Of a stretch of 64,000 bases of DNA, positions 51,663-60,622 are shown in pieces. The stretch spans positions 5,311 through 69,310 of the forward strand of contig DASUDI010000021.1 in the NCBI GenBank assembly GCA_036275695.1, in the 5' to 3' direction. Source of the stretch: Minisyncoccota bacterium. Lineage in GTDB: Bacteria > Patescibacteriota > Minisyncoccia > Phycocordibacterales > UBA918. The position numbers were made by a program, and so were the translations under genes. The notes under the pieces are model-generated. The model did no database searches and was not told the origin of the DNA. It was given only the letters and a program-made list of their open reading frames with translations. Numbering within the stretch: the first letter of the stretch is position 1; every line of letters starts with the position of its first letter.

Positions 51663-52217
51663 CTACTGTGTGAGAGTTTGTAATATACTGGTAAGCTCTG
51701 CTTCGTCGAAAACACCGCGCGCGTGATACACCTTCACGCCATCCTTATCGTACACAAGAGTCTCTGGCATCGCGTAGCCGTTGATTGAAGTATAAAAATG
51801 ATCACTCGGGTCTAAAAGAACGTGAATATCCTCAGATACAGGATACACACTCAGAAATGAACGTACCGTACCGACTTGTTCCATGCGGTTAATGGCGAGA
51901 ACGTATATATCTTGCGCGTACGTGTGTGCCAATCGAGCAAGTATTGGTAGTTCTGTTTGAGAAAATGGTGTCCACGTTGCCCATGAATTAATAATAATAG
52001 GCTTGCCACGAAAATTGTGTAAATTGACGGGATTTCCTGAGAGGTCTGTATACATCTGTCCATCATCTGGCTCAATGACTTTTAGATCATTTTCAAGATC
52101 ACCCAAGTAACCACCTGGTGACACAGACAAAAAGGTAATCATCCCAAGGGCACATACCACAACCATGATGAGAGTAACCTGTTTCCAATATTGCCGCAGA
52201 TGCACTCCCATATACAC
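51663..52217 (-). CDS. TlpA/ResA-like thioredoxin-fold protein lacking the catalytic CxxC (WATWTPF in place of WCxxC)
   Basis: 184 aa. N-terminal TM, then …FRGKPIIINSWATWTPFSQTELPIL…, which aligns to the TlpA active-site region. Both cysteines are absent. Confidence 0.6.
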   Translation of the reverse strand: MYMGVHLRQYWKQVTLIMVVVCALGMITFLSVSPGGYLGDLENDLKVIEPDDGQMYTDLSGNPVNLHNFRGKPIIINSWATWTPFSQTELPILARLAHTYAQDIYVLAINRMEQVGTVRSFLSVYPVSEDIHVLLDPSDHFYTSINGYAMPETLVYDKDGVKVYHARGVFDEAELTSILQTLTQ

Positions 52218-52219
52218 TC

Positions 52220-52702
52220 CTATCCCTTAATGAATAATTCAAAATCCTCAGGAGTCTCACCCTCCATGGGAGGGATAAGATTGAGTTCGACTTCTCTACT
52301 CATAATGAACGCGCGTATTTTTGCTTGCTCACTTGCCTCAAACGACACTAAAAACCTCTGCGGTGTCACTACCTGAGCACATGTTTGTGCGTGATTGACA
52401 ACCTTAAAATCTATCATTACTTGTTCTGGACTCGATTCAAGAATACGCGTATCCCAATTAAGCAAATCACATGGAGTCGGCATTGCTATCTCACCAGCTA
52501 GGGTATGTTTTCCATTAATAAAAAAATGTTTTGCATCAATGCGAATTATATCTCCGTATGGAGAAGTTTCATCAATAACAACAGGAGATGTTTCACTCTT
52601 ATCTTCCTGCATTTCTTGTTTTTTGATGTACGTAAACGTAAACATACCGACGACAATAAGCACTAAAATAGTAGTTGCTATAATTATATTATTTTTACCC
52701 AT
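52220..52702 (-). CDS. hypothetical membrane-anchored protein
   Basis: 160 aa. N-terminal TM, two Cys in the extracytoplasmic domain. It is co-directional with and immediately downstream of the TlpA-like gene. Confidence 0.45.
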   Translation of the reverse strand: MGKNNIIIATTILVLIVVGMFTFTYIKKQEMQEDKSETSPVVIDETSPYGDIIRIDAKHFFINGKHTLAGEIAMPTPCDLLNWDTRILESSPEQVMIDFKVVNHAQTCAQVVTPQRFLVSFEASEQAKIRAFIMSREVELNLIPPMEGETPEDFELFIKG

Positions 52703-52748
52703 ATAACGTTTAACTAGTACTGATAATATTTTTTATTATACCATATAT

Positions 52749-54086
52749 CTACTGAGCACTATTTACGCCTTCAACATACTCCATCCCTTCATCAACGGTG
52801 ATTTGATAGCGGTTATGTTCTTCAGTTGCTTTTGCAATATACATAACGGTGATAATAAAAATTATAATGATGATAAGTAGGGATATGAAAAACTTTTTGT
52901 ACACGCGTACAAAACCTATGATTGTCTCCATAACATCCATTGTCTCGCGAGTCGCGTGCATACGCGCGCGCAAATCAAGTACACCATATCGCAGCGGCGC
53001 GGTGATGTGCGTTTGTGGTACGGAGCGGGTATTGGGTTGTCCTCTCTCCCATAACATACTTCGTGGTGTGGTGTGTAAGTGAACATGACCCTCCTTTGGA
53101 TCTACACCAGCGAGTATGAGCATTCTACGTACATACGCACGCACCATCCACACAAGACTCGAAATAATAAGTGTCAAAATAGACACAACAATAAGCGTCG
53201 CTTTCAGCGGGATAACCCAAAAATATACTGTTGCGGATTCACTCTTTACACCATCAGTCCCGTAGCCAAGGGTAACAATTGCCTTATAGCGACCAATATC
53301 GCTAAGGTTAAAGTCACTACTCCATGTATAATGATATTCACGTATACTTTTCGGCAGTACGTTTCCAAATTGGGTCTGATAATTAACGGGGATCACTCCT
53401 CGTTCGGTACCCCACATATTAGTGATACGTATTTCACCTCGCGGGAGAAGGTGCACGTTGCCTTTATTCTCAAATCGTAGTGAAAATTCTGCCTGTGGTT
53501 TTTCAAGTATGGAATCAGATAGTCGAAATTCACGAATGGAACCTTGCTCGATTACGTCACCTTCGACCCTCAAAAAAAATAATGAGGTGACTGCTTGTGA
53601 TGTCCTGACGAGAGGACCATTTGCAATATTATTTGGTGGTTCGGTACTTATGAGTACTGCTGCATAATGTCCTCCCGGTGACGCATTCTTTGGAATGTCC
53701 ACAATGAACGATATCTCCTGAGTCTGTTCTGGCTGTATCTGGTGTGGCCCAGGGGGAATCTCAACCCACTCCGCAAGTGTTGCGCCATCGGTATCTGGCG
53801 AATCGATAATTTGTGCCTCATCTTTTTTGACGGAAAAAAATTCACCTTGCCCATTTTCGCCCGTTGGTGAAAAATTTACCACTTCTGCATATACCGTCAT
53901 GGGGAATGGGTTGCCGTTTACAACTTTAATAGTACTTTGCCACACATCTCCGGGAAGCGCGGTTATTTGAAAAAGTGGTGGGGTGACACTCAAAATTTGC
54001 GAAGATTGAGCGTTTACCGAAGATGAGCACATGAGCAGAAAAAAAGTGCCAATGATCTGTGTGAATCTAAAAAGTACATTTCTCAT
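52749..54086 (-). CDS. hypothetical cell-surface protein (signal peptide, beta-rich ectodomain, C-terminal TM anchor; DUF916/DUF3324-like organisation)
   Basis: 445 aa. Signal MRNVLFRFTQIIGTFFLLMCSSSVNA. Then …LSVTPPLFQITALPGDVWQSTIKVVNG… C-terminal TM (LKATLIVVSILTLIISSLVWMV) plus a tail. It is a paralogue of the next gene. Confidence 0.5.
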   Translation of the reverse strand: MRNVLFRFTQIIGTFFLLMCSSSVNAQSSQILSVTPPLFQITALPGDVWQSTIKVVNGNPFPMTVYAEVVNFSPTGENGQGEFFSVKKDEAQIIDSPDTDGATLAEWVEIPPGPHQIQPEQTQEISFIVDIPKNASPGGHYAAVLISTEPPNNIANGPLVRTSQAVTSLFFLRVEGDVIEQGSIREFRLSDSILEKPQAEFSLRFENKGNVHLLPRGEIRITNMWGTERGVIPVNYQTQFGNVLPKSIREYHYTWSSDFNLSDIGRYKAIVTLGYGTDGVKSESATVYFWVIPLKATLIVVSILTLIISSLVWMVRAYVRRMLILAGVDPKEGHVHLHTTPRSMLWERGQPNTRSVPQTHITAPLRYGVLDLRARMHATRETMDVMETIIGFVRVYKKFFISLLIIIIIFIITVMYIAKATEEHNRYQITVDEGMEYVEGVNSAQ

Positions 54087-55087
54087 AAGTTGTTACGTGT
54101 TAGATCAATATCATGATGACGTGGGTCGCGTTTCCCTTCACGCACATGAACCATAAGGCGCTCTGAGTCATCCATATCAGTATCATCGAAATAACGTTTA
54201 TGAACATACCACGCGCCAAAAATTACCACAGTAATTAAGCCTGAGAGTAGTATGAGTAAATACTTTATCGGAAAGGCGTAAAAGAAACTTGTGTCTTGGA
54301 CCGTCGCTCGCTGTGTTGAACCGTATTCAACTGATAAAAAAGCCTTGTATTTACCGAAAAGACCGTCACGCGATATCTTGGTTTCGAATACATGCTCACC
54401 ATTGGGAGGAACCTCTACGCGATCCTCATTGACGCGGGCAACCCCCACTTCCTTGCCCTTGCTATCATAAATAATGATTTCTCCTTCAGGAACAAGACTC
54501 TCACTGCTCGGATTGTTAAAGGTGTAGCGGGCTACATTATTAGAATCATTGGTAATGAAGCGATTTACAACAAACCCCGAAAGTTTGAGAAATTCAGTAT
54601 TCTTCTCCTCAATGGTGACATTAATGATCGTTCCTGGTGCCTGACCCTGTGCCACAAGTCGCTCTGCCTCGTCGCGATTATCACCATGACCAAATCCAAT
54701 AAATGCATGATATGTACCTGGTGACGGGGTTGGGTGCACACGGAGTGTAATGGGGATTTTTATTTCATCACCCGGTCGCACGAGGATGCCAAGTCTGCTA
54801 ACTTCAATCCACGACGCAAGTGAGGTGGTACGGTCACTCTCAACTGGTGGCAGGAATTCTTCAATTGTCCCACCATCCTGAATCGAAATGTTGTTGACGG
54901 AGGGATAAAGAGTGGCTGGTTGAGCTCCCGTATTTTTAATAGTAATTTCCTTTTGAATAATATCCCTTCCCTCTGCATCTATATCCATTACCAGTGGCGA
55001 TACCGAAAAGGTGGGCGCCGCGTATGCGACGACAGGTGTCGTGTATAGCGAGAGTGTTATTAAACTTATGATGTAAAAATATCTCAT
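54083..55087 (-). CDS. hypothetical cell-surface protein, paralogue of 52749..54086
   Basis: The start is taken at MRYFYIISLITLSLYTTPVVAYA (signal peptide). Then …FSVSPLVMDIDAEGRDIIQKEITIKNTG… C-terminal TM (IKYLLILLSGLITVVIFGAWYV). Its start abuts the stop of the giant gene. Confidence 0.5.
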   Translation of the reverse strand: MRYFYIISLITLSLYTTPVVAYAAPTFSVSPLVMDIDAEGRDIIQKEITIKNTGAQPATLYPSVNNISIQDGGTIEEFLPPVESDRTTSLASWIEVSRLGILVRPGDEIKIPITLRVHPTPSPGTYHAFIGFGHGDNRDEAERLVAQGQAPGTIINVTIEEKNTEFLKLSGFVVNRFITNDSNNVARYTFNNPSSESLVPEGEIIIYDSKGKEVGVARVNEDRVEVPPNGEHVFETKISRDGLFGKYKAFLSVEYGSTQRATVQDTSFFYAFPIKYLLILLSGLITVVIFGAWYVHKRYFDDTDMDDSERLMVHVREGKRDPRHHDIDLTRNNL

Positions 55088-55088
55088 A

Positions 55089-58000
55089 CTAAAAAACGGG
55101 TACTGAAATGTATCGCATGTGTGCTTCGTATGTTCCCGCATCCTGCATTTGACGTACGAGTAATCTAAATACAACATCAATAAACTCGCCCACCACCGGC
55201 TGTGAACTATACCCCACCTCATCAAGTGTTGTTGTGCTCATACGTGCCCATGTATCGACTGCTGAAAACCGAGTTGAGCCACCATACAGTGTATCATCTG
55301 CAGAGTGGTAACCAAAACAACTGCGAGCACTCGCGTTACACCCTGAAGCCCATGAGGTCGGGGTACCGTTGGTACCTATGACCTGATCGATTTTTTCACC
55401 AAATGATGTGAGCATATCCCCTGAAAGAGTCGTGAAGAGTCGATATCCTGAAGTTCCATTTGTGTCAATGGTGAAACGATGTGCACCTTCAACAAACGTA
55501 TCAACAGGGACTGAACCAAATGGAATTGTGGACGGTGTTGTTGCGATATCAGTAGTGATTCCTTCAATGGTCTGTCCAGAGGATATCCCTGTCATAGTAA
55601 AGACCAGACTTGCGCCCTTGGTCAGAAGACTTGGGTACGTTTCTCCCTGCGCGAGTGGCACGACGCTATTATTAGTCGCGTCATATGCCCTAAAATAATA
55701 CACTCGATTGACGCGTGCGCCACTACTCCTCAATGTAAACGCAAACTCAGTTGCAGCATTTATTTGATGATCAAAGGTGCTTGTAGTGGTGCCACTTTCA
55801 TTATGTGTACCGCATCCGACACCAACTTGTGACACACACGCGCCCACATCAGAAAGTAATTTTGTTTGTATAGACACGTCATCTGCTCCACCCCCGTTCT
55901 CATAGCACCAGTAGGAAAGATTGGTGCATGTACCCATTTCAGATACAAAGGTCGATGTTGCAAATGTAGGTGATTCTGAAAACTGCAGACGAAATCGAAC
56001 ATTAGTCCCCACGGCACCGTTGGATTCTTGGAGCGTAAGACGCAATTGAATAGGATTATTTACATCAATGTCAATGGGAGCCACTGTTTCATTCGCAAGT
56101 GGAGTTGTGGGTGTTTCATTTTCCGCATCATCATACCATCTCCAATTTTTTGATTCTGCACCATATCCCACCGTGCGAATTGTGGGGTAATTATTATACG
56201 CAGTCAGTAGTGTTCCATTTGCTTCAGTCATCCTAAAACAGTATGACGTCCTATCAGCGGCACCATTATTTTGAATTGCCCAGTCATACTCAATATCCTG
56301 ATTGGCATTTGTTTTATATGGTGCGAGCGCGGTATTGTTTTGCTCTTCAAAGGTTCCCGCGACGTCTGAAACAGACAAAAGTAAATCACCACCCGTAGGC
56401 GGGTCTCCTGAAAGTACCGCCCCATCAGTAATCGGAGTTGAGGTACCTCTCCATAATGCGGTAGTACTCCCAATCGCACCCAGATTTTTCCACTCAGTTG
56501 TTTGAATAGCACTACACGTGGTGATTCGTGGTGCGTATTGAAGCTTAAATGCGTCGGTATTCGCAATAAGTGCCGCGGCACTTATTGCGAGTGACATGCG
56601 TAGTCGCAGTGTTCCACCATTAAGTATCGGGGTGTCGAACCCTGTCATCTCCGTATTTTCTCCAAGGTCAGTAGCACCCACTGGCCATGGATCCGTAGGT
56701 TTTAAAGCGTTGTTATTGACATAGAGTCTGTAGTAATTTTGAGATATCTTTCTACGTGCGGTTGGCCACTCAACAACCTCTGTTCTGTAATTTCTTGTGT
56801 CACCCGTATTACTCATCCATATTTCATACTGTGTCGTAGAGATAAGACGAGTCGCAATCATTGGTTCAGGCCACGATGTTCCCGTCCCCGAACTTCTGTT
56901 ATTCATAAAAATTGAAGCGATACCCACGTCATCAAGTGTTTTACCGATATTTATATTTGAAGTAAAGGGAGCCGTACCACCTGACTGCGTGCCATTTGAG
57001 CGGGTGACCACCATCGTGGTGCCCACCGTCTGAAGATTCTCAATAATCCACGCCACTGATACGTGCCCTGTTGGTGTTGTTGCCGCGCCATCTAAAAGAA
57101 ACGACACCTGTCCAACACTTGAAAGCCACACCTCGTGTCCAAAGTTTGCATGCGAATCAAGCCCTGATCCAACACGCTTTTGTGTATGCACAAAAGCTCG
57201 CGTAAGACTTCCGATTGCGGTAATTGATTCAGTTTCAGTACTTCCCGCAGATGAGTAGGTGTGTTCAGCGCGCTGAACTACCCAGTTAGAGCCGGTAAAT
57301 TCTACTACCGCGTAACTTACATACACCGCATCACTCCCCGCTTCACCGCGCGTAAATGTTGCCGTGTCAGCACCCGCGTCCCATGACGCGGTGGAAAGTA
57401 CGGTATTGTAGTCCGCTCGGCCTGAGTCAGGATTGTATTGACCAGTGACGAACACTGCCACATCAGTATCATCAGTGATACCCGCGACAGTATTTGACGT
57501 AAGCGTCGTACCTGTCGTGGTGTACGCGCGCGCTTGCTGCTGTCGCACAATGAATTCATTCTCTCCCCCGGCAGTTCCTTTGTACTCTACAATTTCCCAC
57601 GCAACTCTTGTATCACCCGAAGGAGTACCATTTCTTTGAAAAGTGATACTATTAGTGATATTTGAGGGATTGGTGATATACACCGTAACATCGTTAGCGT
57701 TCTGGTTTCCAGTCGCACCAGAATCTCCTGCGCCCGTACTATGCGTATTGGTAATGCGAATAAATGCCGAGGTCGAGGCACTCGGTGCTACATAGTCAGT
57801 CCCTGCGTTAATGGTAAGTGAGCCACCAGTAATTGTCGAAACACCTCGCTGCACTCGGAAGTCAGTGGGTAATTTAATGGTCACCTCGGGATAGACCGAG
57901 TATGCGGGGAGTGCCGTTCCTGCGTTTGTAAGACGAAAACAATAGGTGGCACCTTCCACTGATGACGCGGTTGCGTTGAGTGAGTACTCGAATTCAACGA

Positions 58001-60560
58001 ATTGAGTTTCTGAGAGAGTAATAGAACCCGTCTGAGATGTTGTTTCTCGCTGTCCTCCATTTGAGGTCACGAAGCTGGCATTTTCGTCATTCATACCTCC
58101 ACTTGATACGGTAATATTTGTGGTGTTATTGCCTTCAACAAGTTGTGACGCGGACATGTCCCACGCACCACCTCCAGTACTCACGTCACTCCACCCTGTT
58201 GCAGCACTACATGTTGAGATTTTTTGCGCAAATTCAAGGCGGTATTGGATACCTTGCGTAGTGGTGCCACCTTCATTTGATACTTGCACACGAAGTCGCT
58301 GTATATCAAGTTGTGCTACTTTGGTAAGTGGCGTATCAGCAGTACCACCCGTAGCCGAAGTCGCGCCAGACTCTGTTCCATCGTTGTTGCGCCAATGATA
58401 GTGTGTTTGCGTAGGTATACTTTTATATAGTCGCGTTACTCCTGGTACAGCAACATTTGTATTAGGTGCCACGTTGGCACCACTTGCATTAATGTGCGTA
58501 TTAGGATTAGTGATTTGTAAATCAAGTGATTGATTATTTGTAGAACTGGCGGTTATATCAAGCATTGTATATATACACGCACTCTGTGTCGAAGAAACGC
58601 TGATTGAGCCGACGAATGTAGATGTTCCTGTGGTCGAAAATCCATCAGTGTCAGTTGTACCATACTGAGATTCAGTCCCTATGTACGACTCACTCGCGCA
58701 ATTATATGGTGCAGAAGTATCATACTCATAGTACAGTTTGATATTATCGAGTCCATATACCACATCAACCGTTCCACTCGCGGTAATGGTTATACCGGAA
58801 ATGGTGTGTGGGCCAGCCGTCTGCGCCTCAATATTAAAACTACCTCCAAGGTATACATTTGAAGTGGTTATATCGATACTTGTGCGCTGTGTTCCAGCAC
58901 TGGTAACCAAGACATCCGCGGTAACAGTTGCTTCTGGGTACACCGAGTAGGTAATCTCTGATGCTGAACCAGCATCAGTAAGCCTAAAACAATAAGTCCC
59001 TCCATCGGTTGCGTTGGTAGTTGGTGAGATTGAATATTCTAATTCCGCAAACTGACTTGATGTAAGCGTGAGTCCACCCACCTGTGATGAAGTGTCCTTC
59101 ACTCCTCCATTAGGAGTGAGAAATGTTGTGTTCTCATTCGTTACTCCTCCCGTTGAAACTACTATATCGGTGGTGTCACTTCCATCGGTAATATTACTTG
59201 AATTAAACATATCCCAATCACCTCCACCCGCACCAACATCAGTCCAGCCGGACGCCGCGGAACACGTAGACACCTTTGATGCGTATTCAATGCGATATTG
59301 TTTTGAGGTCGACGTTTTATTTCCTTCGTTTGATATTTCAAAACGAAGACGTTTTCCCACGAGTTTGCCAATCGCAGAGAGGTGCGTGCTCTCAGTGCCT
59401 CCTGTTGCTGAAGTAGCTCCCGATTCACTTCCGTTATCATTACGCCAATGAAAACGCATTTGTCGCAAATCAACTTTTTGCACCGTACCTGCACCAGAAA
59501 TTGAAAGCGCTGTTGTGGGATCTATGACTGGTGAGCTTGCGGCCACAACATCAATAGACGGATTGGTCATCTGAATATCGATAGTATCACCCGCACCTGC
59601 ACTTGATTGAACATCAGCAACAACATATACGCATAACGCTTTTGTGGTGTTGATATTTATACCTGATGCGGTAAAAACGGATGAGCCGTCAGCACCACTG
59701 AATCCATCCGCATCGGTGGACCCATACTGAGACTCAGTACCCGCATAACTTTCACTTGCGCAGTTATACGGCGATGAGGTATCGTTTTCGTAGAATAATT
59801 TAATATTTTTAAGGTTTGAGGACGCGTCAATAGTACCGTGTTCATATACAGTGATTGAAGTCACATCACGGTTACTCACGGATGAGTTTTCAGTTATTGC
59901 AAAACTCCCACCAAGATGCGCGTTATTCGTTCCCGCATCAATATTTTGCATCGTGCCCTGCGTTGATACAGTGATATTAATTACTGGCGTATAGGTAACA
60001 TACGCGTAGAGTGCGTAGTTGATACAGTTGGTGGCACCTCCCGCACCGGGCTTAGTACAGGTGGTACGAACACGCAACCCGTCAAGATCAGATTGCGTGA
60101 GCGTGAGCCCCGTGAAGTTGACACTTGACCACGTGCTTACGGTACTAATAGTGACATTCTGTGTCGTGCCAATCTGGGTAGTTTCTGCGGCATTCCAAAG
60201 TGAAACCTGGAACTGCATATTTGAACCACCTTCTTTGTGATACAAAAATACGGTCACCGCGGACGCAGTCTGAACATTTGAAATCGTACCCATTTGGTAC
60301 GAATCGAGCTGATTGCGCGTGAATGTAAGATAATCACCTGTTGTACTGGGTGCTGTTGTTGAACTCACACCATCATTAACACAATCATAATTATTCGCAG
60401 TAGCACACGTTGTTCGCGCCCCCTGAGAGGTGTTTCCTGCACCATCAGGGTTTATTTGTTGCCCCAATGCCTCAGTAATAAGTGTATATATAAAAAAACC
60501 ACACAGCACAAATAGAGCAGTTATACCTGCAACGGTGACCATTTCCATGCTCTTACGCAT
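55089..60560 (-). CDS. giant (about 1820-aa) repeat-containing extracellular protein
   Basis: A single uninterrupted ORF. N-terminal signal anchor (MVTVAGITALFVLCGFFIYTLI). Ser/Thr/Gly/Asn-rich. It contains a ~355-aa tandem duplication. A …WR…YCFR[LM]T[DN]AG-type subdomain is repeated at least 4 times. Confidence 0.6.
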   Translation of the reverse strand: MRKSMEMVTVAGITALFVLCGFFIYTLITEALGQQINPDGAGNTSQGARTTCATANNYDCVNDGVSSTTAPSTTGDYLTFTRNQLDSYQMGTISNVQTASAVTVFLYHKEGGSNMQFQVSLWNAAETTQIGTTQNVTISTVSTWSSVNFTGLTLTQSDLDGLRVRTTCTKPGAGGATNCINYALYAYVTYTPVINITVSTQGTMQNIDAGTNNAHLGGSFAITENSSVSNRDVTSITVYEHGTIDASSNLKNIKLFYENDTSSPYNCASESYAGTESQYGSTDADGFSGADGSSVFTASGININTTKALCVYVVADVQSSAGAGDTIDIQMTNPSIDVVAASSPVIDPTTALSISGAGTVQKVDLRQMRFHWRNDNGSESGATSATGGTESTHLSAIGKLVGKRLRFEISNEGNKTSTSKQYRIEYASKVSTCSAASGWTDVGAGGGDWDMFNSSNITDGSDTTDIVVSTGGVTNENTTFLTPNGGVKDTSSQVGGLTLTSSQFAELEYSISPTTNATDGGTYCFRLTDAGSASEITYSVYPEATVTADVLVTSAGTQRTSIDITTSNVYLGGSFNIEAQTAGPHTISGITITASGTVDVVYGLDNIKLYYEYDTSAPYNCASESYIGTESQYGTTDTDGFSTTGTSTFVGSISVSSTQSACIYTMLDITASSTNNQSLDLQITNPNTHINASGANVAPNTNVAVPGVTRLYKSIPTQTHYHWRNNDGTESGATSATGGTADTPLTKVAQLDIQRLRVQVSNEGGTTTQGIQYRLEFAQKISTCSAATGWSDVSTGGGAWDMSASQLVEGNNTTNITVSSGGMNDENASFVTSNGGQRETTSQTGSITLSETQFVEFEYSLNATASSVEGATYCFRLTNAGTALPAYSVYPEVTIKLPTDFRVQRGVSTITGGSLTINAGTDYVAPSASTSAFIRITNTHSTGAGDSGATGNQNANDVTVYITNPSNITNSITFQRNGTPSGDTRVAWEIVEYKGTAGGENEFIVRQQQARAYTTTGTTLTSNTVAGITDDTDVAVFVTGQYNPDSGRADYNTVLSTASWDAGADTATFTRGEAGSDAVYVSYAVVEFTGSNWVVQRAEHTYSSAGSTETESITAIGSLTRAFVHTQKRVGSGLDSHANFGHEVWLSSVGQVSFLLDGAATTPTGHVSVAWIIENLQTVGTTMVVTRSNGTQSGGTAPFTSNINIGKTLDDVGIASIFMNNRSSGTGTSWPEPMIATRLISTTQYEIWMSNTGDTRNYRTEVVEWPTARRKISQNYYRLYVNNNALKPTDPWPVGATDLGENTEMTGFDTPILNGGTLRLRMSLAISAAALIANTDAFKLQYAPRITTCSAIQTTEWKNLGAIGSTTALWRGTSTPITDGAVLSGDPPTGGDLLLSVSDVAGTFEEQNNTALAPYKTNANQDIEYDWAIQNNGAADRTSYCFRMTEANGTLLTAYNNYPTIRTVGYGAESKNWRWYDDAENETPTTPLANETVAPIDIDVNNPIQLRLTLQESNGAVGTNVRFRLQFSESPTFATSTFVSEMGTCTNLSYWCYENGGGADDVSIQTKLLSDVGACVSQVGVGCGTHNESGTTTSTFDHQINAATEFAFTLRSSGARVNRVYYFRAYDATNNSVVPLAQGETYPSLLTKGASLVFTMTGISSGQTIEGITTDIATTPSTIPFGSVPVDTFVEGAHRFTIDTNGTSGYRLFTTLSGDMLTSFGEKIDQVIGTNGTPTSWASGCNASARSCFGYHSADDTLYGGSTRFSAVDTWARMSTTTLDEVGYSSQPVVGEFIDVVFRLLVRQMQDAGTYEAHMRYISVPVF
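57878..59993. repeat. intragenic tandem duplication, two copies of about 1.06 kb, inside the giant surface-protein gene
   Basis: The protein blocks …NNAHLGGSFAITENSS…YCFRLTDAGSASEITYSVYPEATV and …SNVYLGGSFNIEAQTA…YCFRLTNAGTALPAYSVYPEVTI are collinear, about 355 aa apart. Two similar antisense ORFs end about 1.05 kb apart (58398 and 59451). Confidence 0.7.
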
Positions 60561-60622
60561 ACATAAATACCTCCGAATATATCGGATACCTCTATTATGA
60601 AGCAAAACACCAGAAATGCGAC

